A stretch of 64,000 bases of DNA from a bacterium (GTDB lineage Bacteria; SAR324; XYD2-FULL-50-16). Below are positions 7,982-18,837 of this stretch, one piece after another. The translations under genes and the position numbers were made by a program. The stretch spans positions 1-64,000 of the forward strand of contig JAVVEA010000007.1 in assembly GCA_032250835.1 (NCBI GenBank), written 5' to 3'. The notes beneath the pieces were generated by a model. The model did no database searches and was not told where the DNA came from. It worked only from the letters and a program-made list of their open reading frames with translations. Within the stretch, counting starts at the first letter, position 1. Each line of letters starts with the position of its first letter.

Positions 7982-8892
7982 GAGGCTAAGATGGTCTCAA
8001 CATTTTTTAAGACCTGCTCGGCGTCGCTCAGGTATTTAGTGATCACCCCGATGGTGGTCCTCAGTTCCGCTTCGGTCAGTTCCTTGGCTTGCAGGCTGAT
8101 TAGGGCTTGGGCCCAGTCGAGCGTTTCGGCGATGCTGGGCTTTTTCTTCACTTCCATCTCCCGGATTTGGCTGATCGCCGAGACCATCTTTTGGATCAAC
8201 TGCTCGTTGAGGTCCGGGAAGCGCCGCTTGACGATGCGTTCCTCCATCTCGCTGCTGGGAAAATCAATGTACAGGTGCAGACAGCGGCGCTTGAGCGCGT
8301 CGGAAAGATCGCGGGCGTTGTTAGAGGTTAAGAAAACCAAGGGCGGCACTTTAGCGGTCAAGGTGCCCAATTCGGGGATGGTGATCTGGAAGGTCGAGAG
8401 CACCTCAAGCAGGTAGGCCTCAAATTCCGGGTCCGATTTGTCGATCTCGTCGATCAACAACACGTTGGGCTTGCCCAAGGTGATCGCCTTGAGCAATGGA
8501 CGGGGCAACAAGAAGTGTTCGCTAAAAAACGCGTCTTCCACACTGATCACTTTCTTGACCGCCGAAGCCAAGTCGGCGGTGTCGCCCACCAAGTCGTGGA
8601 TCTTCTCTTTGAGCATCTGCGTGTAAAGCAGCTGCTTAGCGTACTCCCATTCGTAGATCGCCTTGGTCTCGTCTAACCCCTCGTAACATTGCAGATGGAT
8701 CAGTTCCACGTCCAAGGCTCGGGACATAGCCTTGGCCAACTCAGTCTTGCCCACCCCGGCGGGTCCTTCGACCAAAACGGGTCGTTGCATCTTCATCGCC
8801 AAAAAGACGATGGTGCTGATCTGGGTTGAGCTGATGTAGCCTTCGGTCCCGAGGATTTCGGAGACCTGCAAAACGTTTTGGAACTCTTTCAT
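7978..8892 (-). CDS. MoxR-family AAA+ ATPase, CoxD-like
   Basis: EGPAGVGKT Walker A, LQCYEGLD..KAIYEWEY.KQ, LLIDEIDK Walker B, LSDALKRRC. Confidence 0.9.
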   Translation of the reverse strand: MKEFQNVLQVSEILGTEGYISSTQISTIVFLAMKMQRPVLVEGPAGVGKTELAKAMSRALDVELIHLQCYEGLDETKAIYEWEYAKQLLYTQMLKEKIHDLVGDTADLASAVKKVISVEDAFFSEHFLLPRPLLKAITLGKPNVLLIDEIDKSDPEFEAYLLEVLSTFQITIPELGTLTAKVPPLVFLTSNNARDLSDALKRRCLHLYIDFPSSEMEERIVKRRFPDLNEQLIQKMVSAISQIREMEVKKKPSIAETLDWAQALISLQAKELTEAELRTTIGVITKYLSDAEQVLKNVETILAS

Positions 8893-8944
8893 GGCATGTC
8901 TTTAGGGATATGGGTTGGGGTGCCGGGCGGACCCGGCTTCCCGG

Positions 8945-9583
8945 TTAGTCCTCGTCAAGTATCAAGACCTTGACCATCAAGGTATCGCCCTCAACCTTGT
9001 GGGGCACGTCGTGTAGGTCGCGAGAACCTTCTTCAAGTACCTTTCCGCTGGGGATTTCAAAAACCCATTTGTGTCTCGGGCAGGTCATCCGGTCCCCCTC
9101 GCAGGTCTCGGGCAGCTTGGTGCCTAAGTGCGGGCATTTGCGGTCATAGGTCCAAATTTGCTCGCCATCCTTGTAGACCAAGACCCCAAAACCCTGCACA
9201 TCCTTAGCGGTAAGTGTTTTTTCAGGGATTTCGGTAAGTTTACAAACCTCGTACCACTGGGCTTCTTTAAAGAGGTTTTCGATCTTAAAGGCCGGATCAA
9301 TCTCTTGCAGCCAGTCTAATGCGTCCAATACGCGGGGCAGGTCGGCGGCGGGCATGGCCATCAAGACGGCGTCCACGATCTCATTGGGCGTCGCCCCGCA
9401 GCGCATGGCGTGGGGAACATATTGCTTGAGGCCGGACTTGGTTCCGCTAACGACCTTGGTCACTACCGAAATCAAAAAACGGGTTTTGTCGTCCAGGTAC
9501 TTGCCCGATTCCTTCAAAAAGGTAAGATAGGCGGTGGCTGCTTCGGGACGGGCCTTGGCAAGATAGTTCAATCGTTTTGACAT
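8945..9583 (-). CDS. Carboxymuconolactone decarboxylase (AhpD-like) domain fused to a Rieske [2Fe-2S] ferredoxin domain
   Basis: N-terminal LDDKTRFLIS...AMRCGATPNEI (CMD fold); C-terminal CPH-x15-CPRH Rieske ligands. Confidence 0.8.
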   Translation of the reverse strand: MSKRLNYLAKARPEAATAYLTFLKESGKYLDDKTRFLISVVTKVVSGTKSGLKQYVPHAMRCGATPNEIVDAVLMAMPAADLPRVLDALDWLQEIDPAFKIENLFKEAQWYEVCKLTEIPEKTLTAKDVQGFGVLVYKDGEQIWTYDRKCPHLGTKLPETCEGDRMTCPRHKWVFEIPSGKVLEEGSRDLHDVPHKVEGDTLMVKVLILDED

Positions 9584-9614
9584 CTGGGGTCCTTTCTGTT
9601 TATGCTACTTTCAT

Positions 9615-9634
9615 ATATTCATATATGACAAATT
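9615..9634. promoter_or_regulatory. Candidate ArsR (SqrR/BigR-type) operator between the divergent CMD-Rieske and cbiA-like operons
   Basis: ATATTC-ATATATGA-CAAATT; one perfect ATATTC half-site. Confidence 0.4.
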
Positions 9635-9722
9635 GGGTTATTCTATTTAAAATCTATAAAAAAAAGCAAGCCCAAGTCCAAAGGTTTCTTTAAAACCAAA
9701 TCAGACCCTGTCCCTTGCCCCG

Positions 9723-11093
9723 ATGTTGACACGCCCCTGCCCCAGACTGTTGATCTCGGCTCCTTCGAAGAGTTCAGGCAAAACCACGGTGACTTTGGGG
9801 TTGGCCCGGGCCCTAAAAAACCAGGGCCACCGAGTGCAGTGTTTTAAAAAGGGCCCCGACTTCATCGACCCCCAGTGGCACGCTCTGGCCACCGGACGCC
9901 CCAGCTACAATTTAGATTCTTGGATGATGCCCGCCGAAGTGATGCGCGATTCTTTAGAGCGCCGCAGCCGGGGGGCTTCCCTTTCGATCATCGAAGGCAA
10001 CCACGGCTTACATGACGGCCTCGACCCCGAAGGCGGCAATTCCAGTGCCGGGCTGGCGCTTTACTTAAAAGCGCCGGTTCTTTTGGTGGTGGACGTGACG
10101 GGCCTCAACCGCGCCGCCGGAGCGCTGGTCTTAGGCCAAGTATCGATGCCGCCCCAGGTGCCCATCGCCGGAGTCTTACTGAACCGGGTCAAGAGTCCGC
10201 GCCAAGCCGAAAAAGCCGTCGCTGCCATCGAACGCTTTGCCGGGGTTAAGGTTTGGGGGACGCTGCCCGAAGCGCCGCAGACCGCTATTGCGGAGCGGCA
10301 CTTAGGCCTGACCACCTCGGTGGAGGACCCCCGCGCCGAAGAGCGCATCGCCGCTGCCGCCGAGTGGGTGGCCGGACATGTTGATTTGGAAGCGGTTGTC
10401 AATGCCGCCAACCAAGCCGCTTCCCTAGCATACAGCGGTCAAGCCTTAGTAGAGCCTTGGCTGGGGAAAAAACGGCGCTTGGGCGTGGTCCGGAACGAAG
10501 CCTTTTGCTTTTATTATCCTGACAACCTCGAAGCCTTAGAACAGGCCGGGGCCGAGTTGGTTTTTATCGACCCAATCCGCGACGCCGAACTGCCCGAGAT
10601 CGACGGGCTTTATATAGGCGGCGGCTTTCCCGAAAGTTTCTTTAAAGAGCTTTCGGCCAACCGGGGCTTCATGGACAGCCTGCGCCAACGCTTAGAGGGC
10701 GGCCTGCCCTATTGGGCCGAATGCGGCGGTTTGATCTATCTGGCCCAAAAGGCGCGCTACCAAGGCCAAGAATTCCCCTTGGTCGGCTGGCTTGAAGGCG
10801 AGATCGACTACTCCAAAAAGCCCGTCGGTTATGGATATATGGAGTTGGAGCCCAAAGGGATCGACTGGCTGCCCCATAAACTGCGTTGTCATGAATTCCA
10901 TTATTCTCGCCTTTCCCAAGGGACTGGTGCAGACTATGCCTTTGCTGTATCCCGTGGGACCGGCCTCGGCGAAGAGGTAGACGGTTTGATCAAGGGCCGG
11001 GGCCTCGCCTCTTACGCCCACCTCCACTCCCTGGCGACGCCCAATTGGGCACCGGGATTTATGGACCAAGTCCGCCAATCGAGCATCGAGTAA
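9723..11093 (+). CDS. Cobyrinate a,c-diamide synthase family amidotransferase (CbiA/CobB; possibly DsrN-type siroheme amidase)
   Basis: SSGKTT, FKKGPDFIDP, ERHLGL, FYYPDNL, GGGFPE, AECGG, HEFHYS. Confidence 0.9.
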   Translation: MLTRPCPRLLISAPSKSSGKTTVTLGLARALKNQGHRVQCFKKGPDFIDPQWHALATGRPSYNLDSWMMPAEVMRDSLERRSRGASLSIIEGNHGLHDGLDPEGGNSSAGLALYLKAPVLLVVDVTGLNRAAGALVLGQVSMPPQVPIAGVLLNRVKSPRQAEKAVAAIERFAGVKVWGTLPEAPQTAIAERHLGLTTSVEDPRAEERIAAAAEWVAGHVDLEAVVNAANQAASLAYSGQALVEPWLGKKRRLGVVRNEAFCFYYPDNLEALEQAGAELVFIDPIRDAELPEIDGLYIGGGFPESFFKELSANRGFMDSLRQRLEGGLPYWAECGGLIYLAQKARYQGQEFPLVGWLEGEIDYSKKPVGYGYMELEPKGIDWLPHKLRCHEFHYSRLSQGTGADYAFAVSRGTGLGEEVDGLIKGRGLASYAHLHSLATPNWAPGFMDQVRQSSIE

Positions 11094-11096
11094 ACT

Positions 11097-12521
11097 ATGG
11101 ATTTCCTGCCGCTCTTTTTGGAGATCAAAGGCCAGCCGGTGTTGGTCGTCGGGGGTGCCGAAGGGGCCCGTAACAAATTGGAATTGGTCTTAAAGGCGGG
11201 CGGGAAGATCACCCTCTTGGCCCCAGAGGTCCACGCCAGCATCGAACCGCTTTTAAGCGAGCTGACCTGGAAAAAAGAGGCCTTCAATGAAACCCACTTG
11301 GCAGGCGTCAAGCTGGTCTTTGTCTGCACCAACGAGCCCGACTTAGCCGCCAAGGTCAGCCGGCTAGCCCAGGAGCGTGGCCTGCCCATCAACGTGGTGG
11401 ACGTGCCCGAGTTATGCAGTTTCATCATGCCCAGCATCATCGACCGCAGCCCCTTGGTGATGGCCGTTTCCAGTTCCGGCAACTGCCCGCGTTTGAGCCG
11501 TCTAGTCCGCGCCAAGCTCGAAACCCTCTTCCCCCAGTCTTATTCGAGGCTCGCACAGATGATGGGCGAATTCCGCGATAAGTCGCGCACCCTCTTTAAA
11601 GACGCCGAGGAACGCCGCCAGTTTTGGGACAAAATCTTCAACAGCCCCATTGTCGAAATGTTCCTTTCGGGCAAAGAGAAGATGGCCCAGGAGGCCTTAG
11701 AACGCGAGATCGCCTCGCATCATTTAGAGCTCGACAAACATGGGGTGGTTTCTTTGGTCGGTGCCGGTCCCGGCGACCCGGACCTCTTGACCCTACGCGC
11801 CTTGCGGCTGATCCAAAATGCCGATGTGTTGGTCTATGACCGTCTGGTCAGCCCGGTGATCTTAGACTATGCCCGCCGCGAAGCCGAAAAGATTTATGTG
11901 GGCAAAAAGAGCGCAGAACATAGCGTCCCACAAGAAGGGATCAACCAGATTCTGGTGGATAAGGCCAAAGAAGGGAAAAACGTGGTCCGCCTCAAAGGCG
12001 GTGACCCCTTCATCTTCGGACGGGGCGGCGAAGAAATCGAATTGCTGGTGCAGTCGGGCATTGAGTTCCAGGTCGTTCCTGGGATCACCGCCGCCAGCGG
12101 TGCGGGGACCTATGCGGGGATTCCCTTAACCCACCGCGACTGCGCCCAGTCGGTCCGGTTCATTACCGGACACATGAAAAAGGACGGGAGCCTGGAACTG
12201 GATTGGGAGCACATGACCCAAGCCAACCAGACCCTGGTCTTTTATATGGGGCTTTCTACCTTGCCGGTGATCAGCGAGCGGCTGATTGCCCACGGCGTCG
12301 AGCCCCAAATGCCGGTCGCGCTGATTGAACGGGCCACCACCTACAACATGCGGGTGATCATCACCAACGTATCGGAGATGGCCCGCAAAGCACAAGAAGA
12401 GCACCTGGAACCGCCCACCCTGGTGATTATCGGCAAGGTGGTGGGGCTGCGTAAAACCCTAAAATGGTATGAACCAGCCGACTTCGACGACCCCAGTGCT
12501 CCGCCATTTTTGCAACCTTAA
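11097..12521 (+). CDS. cysG: Siroheme synthase CysG (dehydrogenase/chelatase + uroporphyrinogen-III C-methyltransferase)
   Basis: NVVDVPELCSFIMP, VGAGPGDPDLLT, RLKGGDPFIFGRGGEE, GIPLTHR. Confidence 0.95.
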   Translation: MDFLPLFLEIKGQPVLVVGGAEGARNKLELVLKAGGKITLLAPEVHASIEPLLSELTWKKEAFNETHLAGVKLVFVCTNEPDLAAKVSRLAQERGLPINVVDVPELCSFIMPSIIDRSPLVMAVSSSGNCPRLSRLVRAKLETLFPQSYSRLAQMMGEFRDKSRTLFKDAEERRQFWDKIFNSPIVEMFLSGKEKMAQEALEREIASHHLELDKHGVVSLVGAGPGDPDLLTLRALRLIQNADVLVYDRLVSPVILDYARREAEKIYVGKKSAEHSVPQEGINQILVDKAKEGKNVVRLKGGDPFIFGRGGEEIELLVQSGIEFQVVPGITAASGAGTYAGIPLTHRDCAQSVRFITGHMKKDGSLELDWEHMTQANQTLVFYMGLSTLPVISERLIAHGVEPQMPVALIERATTYNMRVIITNVSEMARKAQEEHLEPPTLVIIGKVVGLRKTLKWYEPADFDDPSAPPFLQP

Positions 12522-12601
12522 GAAGCAGTAAAACCGCTTCACAGCGCCGTACCGCTTAGCGTTACAAAAAGCGCTTGGCAAAATCCAGCGGTTACGGCAG
12601 T

Positions 12602-12621
12602 ATATTCAAAGAAAGATATAT
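12602..12621. promoter_or_regulatory. Candidate ArsR (SqrR/BigR-type) operator upstream of tauE
   Basis: ATATTC-AAAGAAAG-ATATAT, close to ATATTC-N8-GAATAT. Confidence 0.45.
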
Positions 12622-13031
12622 ACGAATTATCAAAAAAGCCTCGCTGACTTCATTCAAAAAGTTGGCAGCTTTCCGCCCCCCTTAAAAGGGGAATTGATTG
12701 CCTCTGGCGGTTTGCAGTGAATTTACCCCACTGTAAGCTTTATCTGCCCGGCTCTTTCTCGCTGGCAGCTCGCCTGTTTTTATTGGCAGTAGCGGATTTC
12801 ATGCAACCCCTCAAGGTTGCGGAGCAGATCATTAAACGGCTCCATCAAAACTGAGTTGTAGAAAAACCAACCTAAAGGACTCGCTCCGGCAACTTACAGA
12901 CCAACATTTTGGTCCTCATCTAGCGTTGCCGGACCAGCCTTTAATCCAATTTAAGCGCCAAATCCCCACCGGAAAGACGCTCAAACAAGCCACCCCTATT
13001 GGTACCTAGGGGTTTTTTATCGAGAGACTCT

Positions 13032-14036
13032 ATGCAACAAAACCAAATTTCAATGCCCTTGGAGCCCGCCAATAGGCGGGTTTTTCCGGGCCGCCAGGTC
13101 GGGCGCGGGCTGTTGACAAGCTCCTTATTGTTAGCCCTGTCGCCTAGCTTTGCTCTGGCCGCTGACGCTTCGGAACGTTCTGCCTTGTTACCTTGGTGGG
13201 GCTGGGCCATGGCTTTATTTTTGACCACTTTCGTGATCGGTGTATTTGGCGTAATGGCCGGTATCGGCGGCGGTGTTTTGTTTGTGCCGCTGGTGGGTAG
13301 TTTCTTTCCCTTCCACATCGATTTTGTACGCGGCGCTGGCTTATTTATCGCCTTAAGCTCCTCCCTAGCGGCGGCACCGAGCCTATTAAAAGCCAATTTG
13401 GCCAGCATCAAGTTAGCCCTGCCCGTGGCACTAGTGGCTTCGGGGTTTTCGATCATCGGCGCCTTTTTGGGGCTTTGGTTGAGCGCCTTGAACCCCGCTT
13501 ACATCCAAGGCTCCTTGGGCGTGCTGATCTTGATGATCGTGGTGATCATGATATTGAGTAAAAAATCCGAACACCCGGAAGTCCGCTTAACCGATGGGCT
13601 GGCCCAGTTACTGGGCATCGGCGGCACCTATACGGAAGGAACCACCGGCGAAGAAATCAAATGGACGGTTCACAACACCATTAAAGCGATGGTGCTCTTT
13701 GCCTTTGTGGGCACTTTGGCGGGGATGTTTGGTTTAGGTGCTGGCTGGGCTAATGTTCCTGTGTTAAACTTAGTGATGGGTGCCCCGGTCAAGGTTGCCG
13801 TGGCCACTTCGGGCTTTGCCCTGTCGATCACCGACACGACGGCCGCATGGATTTACCTGAACAAGGGCGCTGTCTTACCCATCGTGACGGTGCCTTCGAT
13901 GGCAGGGATCATGATCGGTGCGCGCATCGGTGCGAAACTGCTACCTAAGGTCAAGCCTAGCTTGATCCGCCAAATGGTAATCGGTGTCTTGCTGCTGGCC
14001 GGTATTCGGTCGCTGCTTAAAGCTTTTGGAATTTAA
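13032..14036 (+). CDS. Sulfite exporter TauE/SafE family membrane protein
   Basis: Duplicated GIGGGVLFVP / GLGAGWANVP motifs, multiple TM helices; start codon uncertain. Confidence 0.85.
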   Translation: MQQNQISMPLEPANRRVFPGRQVGRGLLTSSLLLALSPSFALAADASERSALLPWWGWAMALFLTTFVIGVFGVMAGIGGGVLFVPLVGSFFPFHIDFVRGAGLFIALSSSLAAAPSLLKANLASIKLALPVALVASGFSIIGAFLGLWLSALNPAYIQGSLGVLILMIVVIMILSKKSEHPEVRLTDGLAQLLGIGGTYTEGTTGEEIKWTVHNTIKAMVLFAFVGTLAGMFGLGAGWANVPVLNLVMGAPVKVAVATSGFALSITDTTAAWIYLNKGAVLPIVTVPSMAGIMIGARIGAKLLPKVKPSLIRQMVIGVLLLAGIRSLLKAFGI

Positions 14037-14045
14037 GGAGGATTC

Positions 14046-14465
14046 ATGGAAGATTCAAGATTTGAGAACCTACCGGCCCAGAAGCTTTATGGTGAACTAT
14101 TAGGGAAGCTGGTCAACGTTGGGATTGTCCTGTTGTTCGTCACCTTTGTGGTTTACGTCTCGGGGCTGTTGCCTCCCGTGATCCCCATGGAAGACCTACC
14201 CAAATATTGGGTGATGCCCTTAAACGAGTTTTTGGAAGCAGCCGGTTCCCCTACTGGATGGGGCTGGACCCAAAGACTTGGGGCTGGAGACTACCTAACC
14301 ATCACGGGAATTGCCTTTTTGGCCAGTGTCTCGATGGTCTGTTACTTTGTGCTCCTTTTTGCGGCTGCAAAGGCCGGGAGCAAGATCATGGTCGCTATTG
14401 TGGCTGCTGAACTATTACTGATCCTGCTCGCTGCCAGCAACATCCTGCAAAGCGGCGGTCACTAG
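14046..14465 (+). CDS. DUF1634-like membrane protein, usual partner of TauE
   Basis: Three TM segments, PTGWGW..L..GD motif, strong SD AAGGAGG, directly after tauE. Confidence 0.7.
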   Translation: MEDSRFENLPAQKLYGELLGKLVNVGIVLLFVTFVVYVSGLLPPVIPMEDLPKYWVMPLNEFLEAAGSPTGWGWTQRLGAGDYLTITGIAFLASVSMVCYFVLLFAAAKAGSKIMVAIVAAELLLILLAASNILQSGGH

Positions 14466-14469
14466 GACC

Positions 14470-14507
14470 TTTAAATTCCTTGAGGGTTTCAACCCTCAAG
14501 GAATTCC
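14470..14507 (+). terminator. Hairpin after DUF1634 (probable terminator)
   Basis: AATTCCTTGAGGGTT-TC-AACCCTCAAGGAATT perfect inverted repeat; no clear U tract. Confidence 0.55.
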
Positions 14508-14682
14508 TTAGCGGCGCAAAAAACCGAGACCCGCTGGGGCTAAATCTCCTTTGGCAGTTTTCCTTCGAGGACCGCCAGAAACCAGTGGCCCCACGTTTTT
14601 TTTAGAAGTGGTTTTGCCTGTTCCTTTTTTCGAGCATTTTAGCGTCCCTAGCCAAAACGTCTTGATGGGTAGAGTCTTTTGC

Positions 14683-14847
14683 TACCCCCGTTGGTGAGAC
14701 GCTTAGAGCCCGTAGCCACGCAAAGCAGCTTCGAGGCCGAAGGTCGAGGGATGCGTGGGTAGCAATGCGAGCCGGCGAGTATTGCCCAGCCTAAGGCGTC
14801 GGCGCAGCCGACACAAGTTCCCGAAGGCCCCTGGACCCCACTTATTT
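14683..14847. repeat. Short member of the same intergenic repeat family as 3099-3615
   Basis: 14683-14717 matches 3099-3133 at 33/35; 14821-14847 is identical to 3589-3615. Confidence 0.85.
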
Positions 14848-14857
14848 CTTCTTTTTC

Positions 14858-16281
<1,424 letters not shown>

Positions 16282-17358
16282 TTAATCCTCCTCGGCCAAT
16301 TCGGCAATCAAGCGCTCGGCGATCTGGGCAAAGGCCTTAGCCGAAGCCGACTCGGGGTGACTAACCACCACCGGGAACCCGGCATCGCCGCCTTCGCGTA
16401 CCGCCAACTCGATAGGCACCGCACCCAAGAAGGGGACCTTGGTGTTGGTGGATTCGTCTTCGGCACCGCCCTTGGAGAAGATCGGGGTTTCTTCGCCACA
16501 GTGGGGGCAAATGAAGCTAGACATGTTTTCGACGATACCTAAAATGGGGATACTGACCTTCTCGAACATTCGCACGGCCTTGCGGGCGTCGAGCAATGCG
16601 ACATCCTGAGGGGTGCAAACAATCACCGCGCCGGTCGCTTCGGTCATCTGAGCCAAAGTGATTTGGACGTCGCCGGTGCCCGGCGGTAGGTCGATGATCA
16701 TATAATCCCCACCGGGCCAGGTGGTGTCGCGCAACATCTGTTCTAAAACCTGATGCGCCATAGGGCCGCGCCAAACCACAGCTTCTTCTTCTTCAACCAA
16801 GTTGCCCAGGGACATATATTCGATCCCATAGCGGCTCACGGGCATCAACTGCTGGCCCATCACCTCGCTAAACTCCCCGCGAGAACCCATCATCACCGGC
16901 ACCGAAGGACCGTAGATGTCCGCGTCGAGCAGACTGACTTTTTTGCCTAGGTTTTTTAAGGCCAAGGCCAAGTTGACCGCAGTGGTTGATTTGCCCACGC
17001 CGCCCTTACCGCTGGCCACCAAGATCACTTCGCCGTATTCCCCTAAATAGCTGGTCCGCTTGGGGGCTCCGGCGTGGGTCGCTTCGGGTTGGTTGGCCGC
17101 TTGGGCTTCGCCCAAGGTATTGACTACGTTGATCCCCACTTCTTCGATCCCATCACAGGACTTCAGGGCCTCTTCAATCCCTTGGCAAATGCCACCAATG
17201 AAGCTTTCGTGCTCCTTTCCAATGATCACCGTCGCGTCAGCGCGGCTTTCGGATATCTCTAAGCTATAGACAATATCGGCATCCAAGACATTTTGGCCGC
17301 TGTCGGCAAAGGGGATTTTGGCGAAGGCATCACGAATTTGTTGTTCCAGCGGGTCCAT
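16282..17358 (-). CDS. mrp: Mrp/ApbC (NBP35) Fe-S cluster carrier ATPase
   Basis: SGKGGVGKST, DADIYGPS, WRGPM, DLPPGTGD, ENMS..CPHC. Confidence 0.92.
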   Translation of the reverse strand: MDPLEQQIRDAFAKIPFADSGQNVLDADIVYSLEISESRADATVIIGKEHESFIGGICQGIEEALKSCDGIEEVGINVVNTLGEAQAANQPEATHAGAPKRTSYLGEYGEVILVASGKGGVGKSTTAVNLALALKNLGKKVSLLDADIYGPSVPVMMGSRGEFSEVMGQQLMPVSRYGIEYMSLGNLVEEEEAVVWRGPMAHQVLEQMLRDTTWPGGDYMIIDLPPGTGDVQITLAQMTEATGAVIVCTPQDVALLDARKAVRMFEKVSIPILGIVENMSSFICPHCGEETPIFSKGGAEDESTNTKVPFLGAVPIELAVREGGDAGFPVVVSHPESASAKAFAQIAERLIAELAEED

Positions 17359-17503
17359 AGCGGTTTTCCTTGGGGTGGTAAAAATAGGTTGAGTTTGGGC
17401 GGCAGTTGGGAATGAGTACCCGGTTCCTGCCCTGATTTAATATCCTTTCGAGCCCGCCAATTCAAGGACCTTTTGGCCTCAAAGTAGGGCGGTTTACCTT
17501 AGT

Positions 17504-18040
17504 TTACTTCTTCTTGGGTCTAAAGGCGGTGACCACCTCAGGCCGGGTCTCAATATAAGGCCCATCCATCAGCTCGATGCAGTAGGGAATGGCCTCAAAC
17601 AATTCGTCTAAAGTCTCTTTGATCGAGCGCGGCGAGCCCGGCAAGTTGACGATCAAACAATCGCCCCGGATCACCCCGACCTGACGGCTCAAAATCGCCG
17701 TAGGTACATACTTCAAACTAATCGAGCGCATCCGCTCGCCAAAGCCGGGCAGTTCTTTTTCGGCCACCGCCAAGGTCGCTTCCGGGGTCACGTCCCGCTT
17801 TGAAGGGCCGGTGCCGCCAGTGGTCAGCACCAAGGCGCAATGTTCCTGGTCAGCCAACTGAATCAGCGTCCGCTCGATCAGGGCTTGTTCGTCTGGGAGC
17901 AAACGACTGATCGGCTGGTAAGGGGTGGCCAGGGCCGATTCCAGCCAGGACAGAATCCCCGGCCCGCCTAGGTCTTCATATTCCCCCGAAAAGGCCCGAT
18001 CGGAAATAGTGACCACGCCAATTTTAAAAGGTAACGACAT
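17504..18040 (-). CDS. mog: Molybdopterin adenylyltransferase MogA
   Basis: SDRA..G.YED, TTGGTGP..RDVTPEAT, PTAILSR, NLPGSP; ATG 18040. Confidence 0.92.
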   Translation of the reverse strand: MSLPFKIGVVTISDRAFSGEYEDLGGPGILSWLESALATPYQPISRLLPDEQALIERTLIQLADQEHCALVLTTGGTGPSKRDVTPEATLAVAEKELPGFGERMRSISLKYVPTAILSRQVGVIRGDCLIVNLPGSPRSIKETLDELFEAIPYCIELMDGPYIETRPEVVTAFRPKKK

Positions 18041-18105
18041 CTTGACTCCTGTTTGACAGCCAGCCCCTAAAGGGTTAGCCCTAAAAAGCACCTAGCCGAG
18101 GCTCC

Positions 18106-18837
18106 ATGACCGAAAGCGAATACACAAACTGGGTTGACCTGGGCCACCAACTGAGCGACCACGCCCTAGAACTAGCCCAAGCAGGTCGGCTTGAAGCCGC
18201 CCAAGACGAACTGGCCCGCGCCCGCAGTCTTTTTTTGCGGGCTGGCGACCAGCATTGGCTCGCCTATGTGGACCACCAACGCTTGGGCTTCCTGCCTGGC
18301 CCCCAAGCCTGGGGCTTGGCGCGGCAACTAGAGCAACGCTACCGGCAGTGTTTTGACGCCAAAGGTGAGGTGCTGGCGTTGATCCATTCGGCCAGCCTAG
18401 CCGCCTCTATGGGAAAAGTAAACCAAGCGCTCGCCCGCCTTTGGGCCGCCGAAGCGCTAGCGCGCGCCCGTGCGCCCGAGCGGTTGTACCTAGTCTTGTC
18501 GCAATTGGGGTTGGAATATTTAGAGCGCCAGGAATATTTGCGCGCCGCCGAACTGCTCGACCAAGCCCTACACCACGGAGCCGATGAGGACCCAGAGCGC
18601 CGGGGCTGGTGCTTTTTTATGTTAGGCCGAGCCTTTGACGGGATCTACCGCCCCACCCAGGCCGAAGCCTTTTACCGCAAAGCCCTCAGCGAAGCCCTTA
18701 AAAGCCAAGACGCCGCCGCCGTCCAAGAAACTCGGGCGGTGCTGCTGGACCTCGAAAAACGGCTCAACTCGGACTTCGGCTTTAGCGACTTAGGGTTGAA
18801 ATCCCGCTCCTTTTTAAAAGAGCGGGGCCTGTTATAG
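18106..18837 (+). CDS. TPR-like repeat protein
   Basis: Helical repeats with TPR pattern (LG..Y.....Y..A......AL). Confidence 0.6.
   Translation: MTESEYTNWVDLGHQLSDHALELAQAGRLEAAQDELARARSLFLRAGDQHWLAYVDHQRLGFLPGPQAWGLARQLEQRYRQCFDAKGEVLALIHSASLAASMGKVNQALARLWAAEALARARAPERLYLVLSQLGLEYLERQEYLRAAELLDQALHHGADEDPERRGWCFFMLGRAFDGIYRPTQAEAFYRKALSEALKSQDAAAVQETRAVLLDLEKRLNSDFGFSDLGLKSRSFLKERGLL

Noticed and set aside
12622-13030. Long tauE leader as a possible riboswitch or sRNA
   Set aside because: Contains small hairpins but no recognisable conserved riboswitch core.
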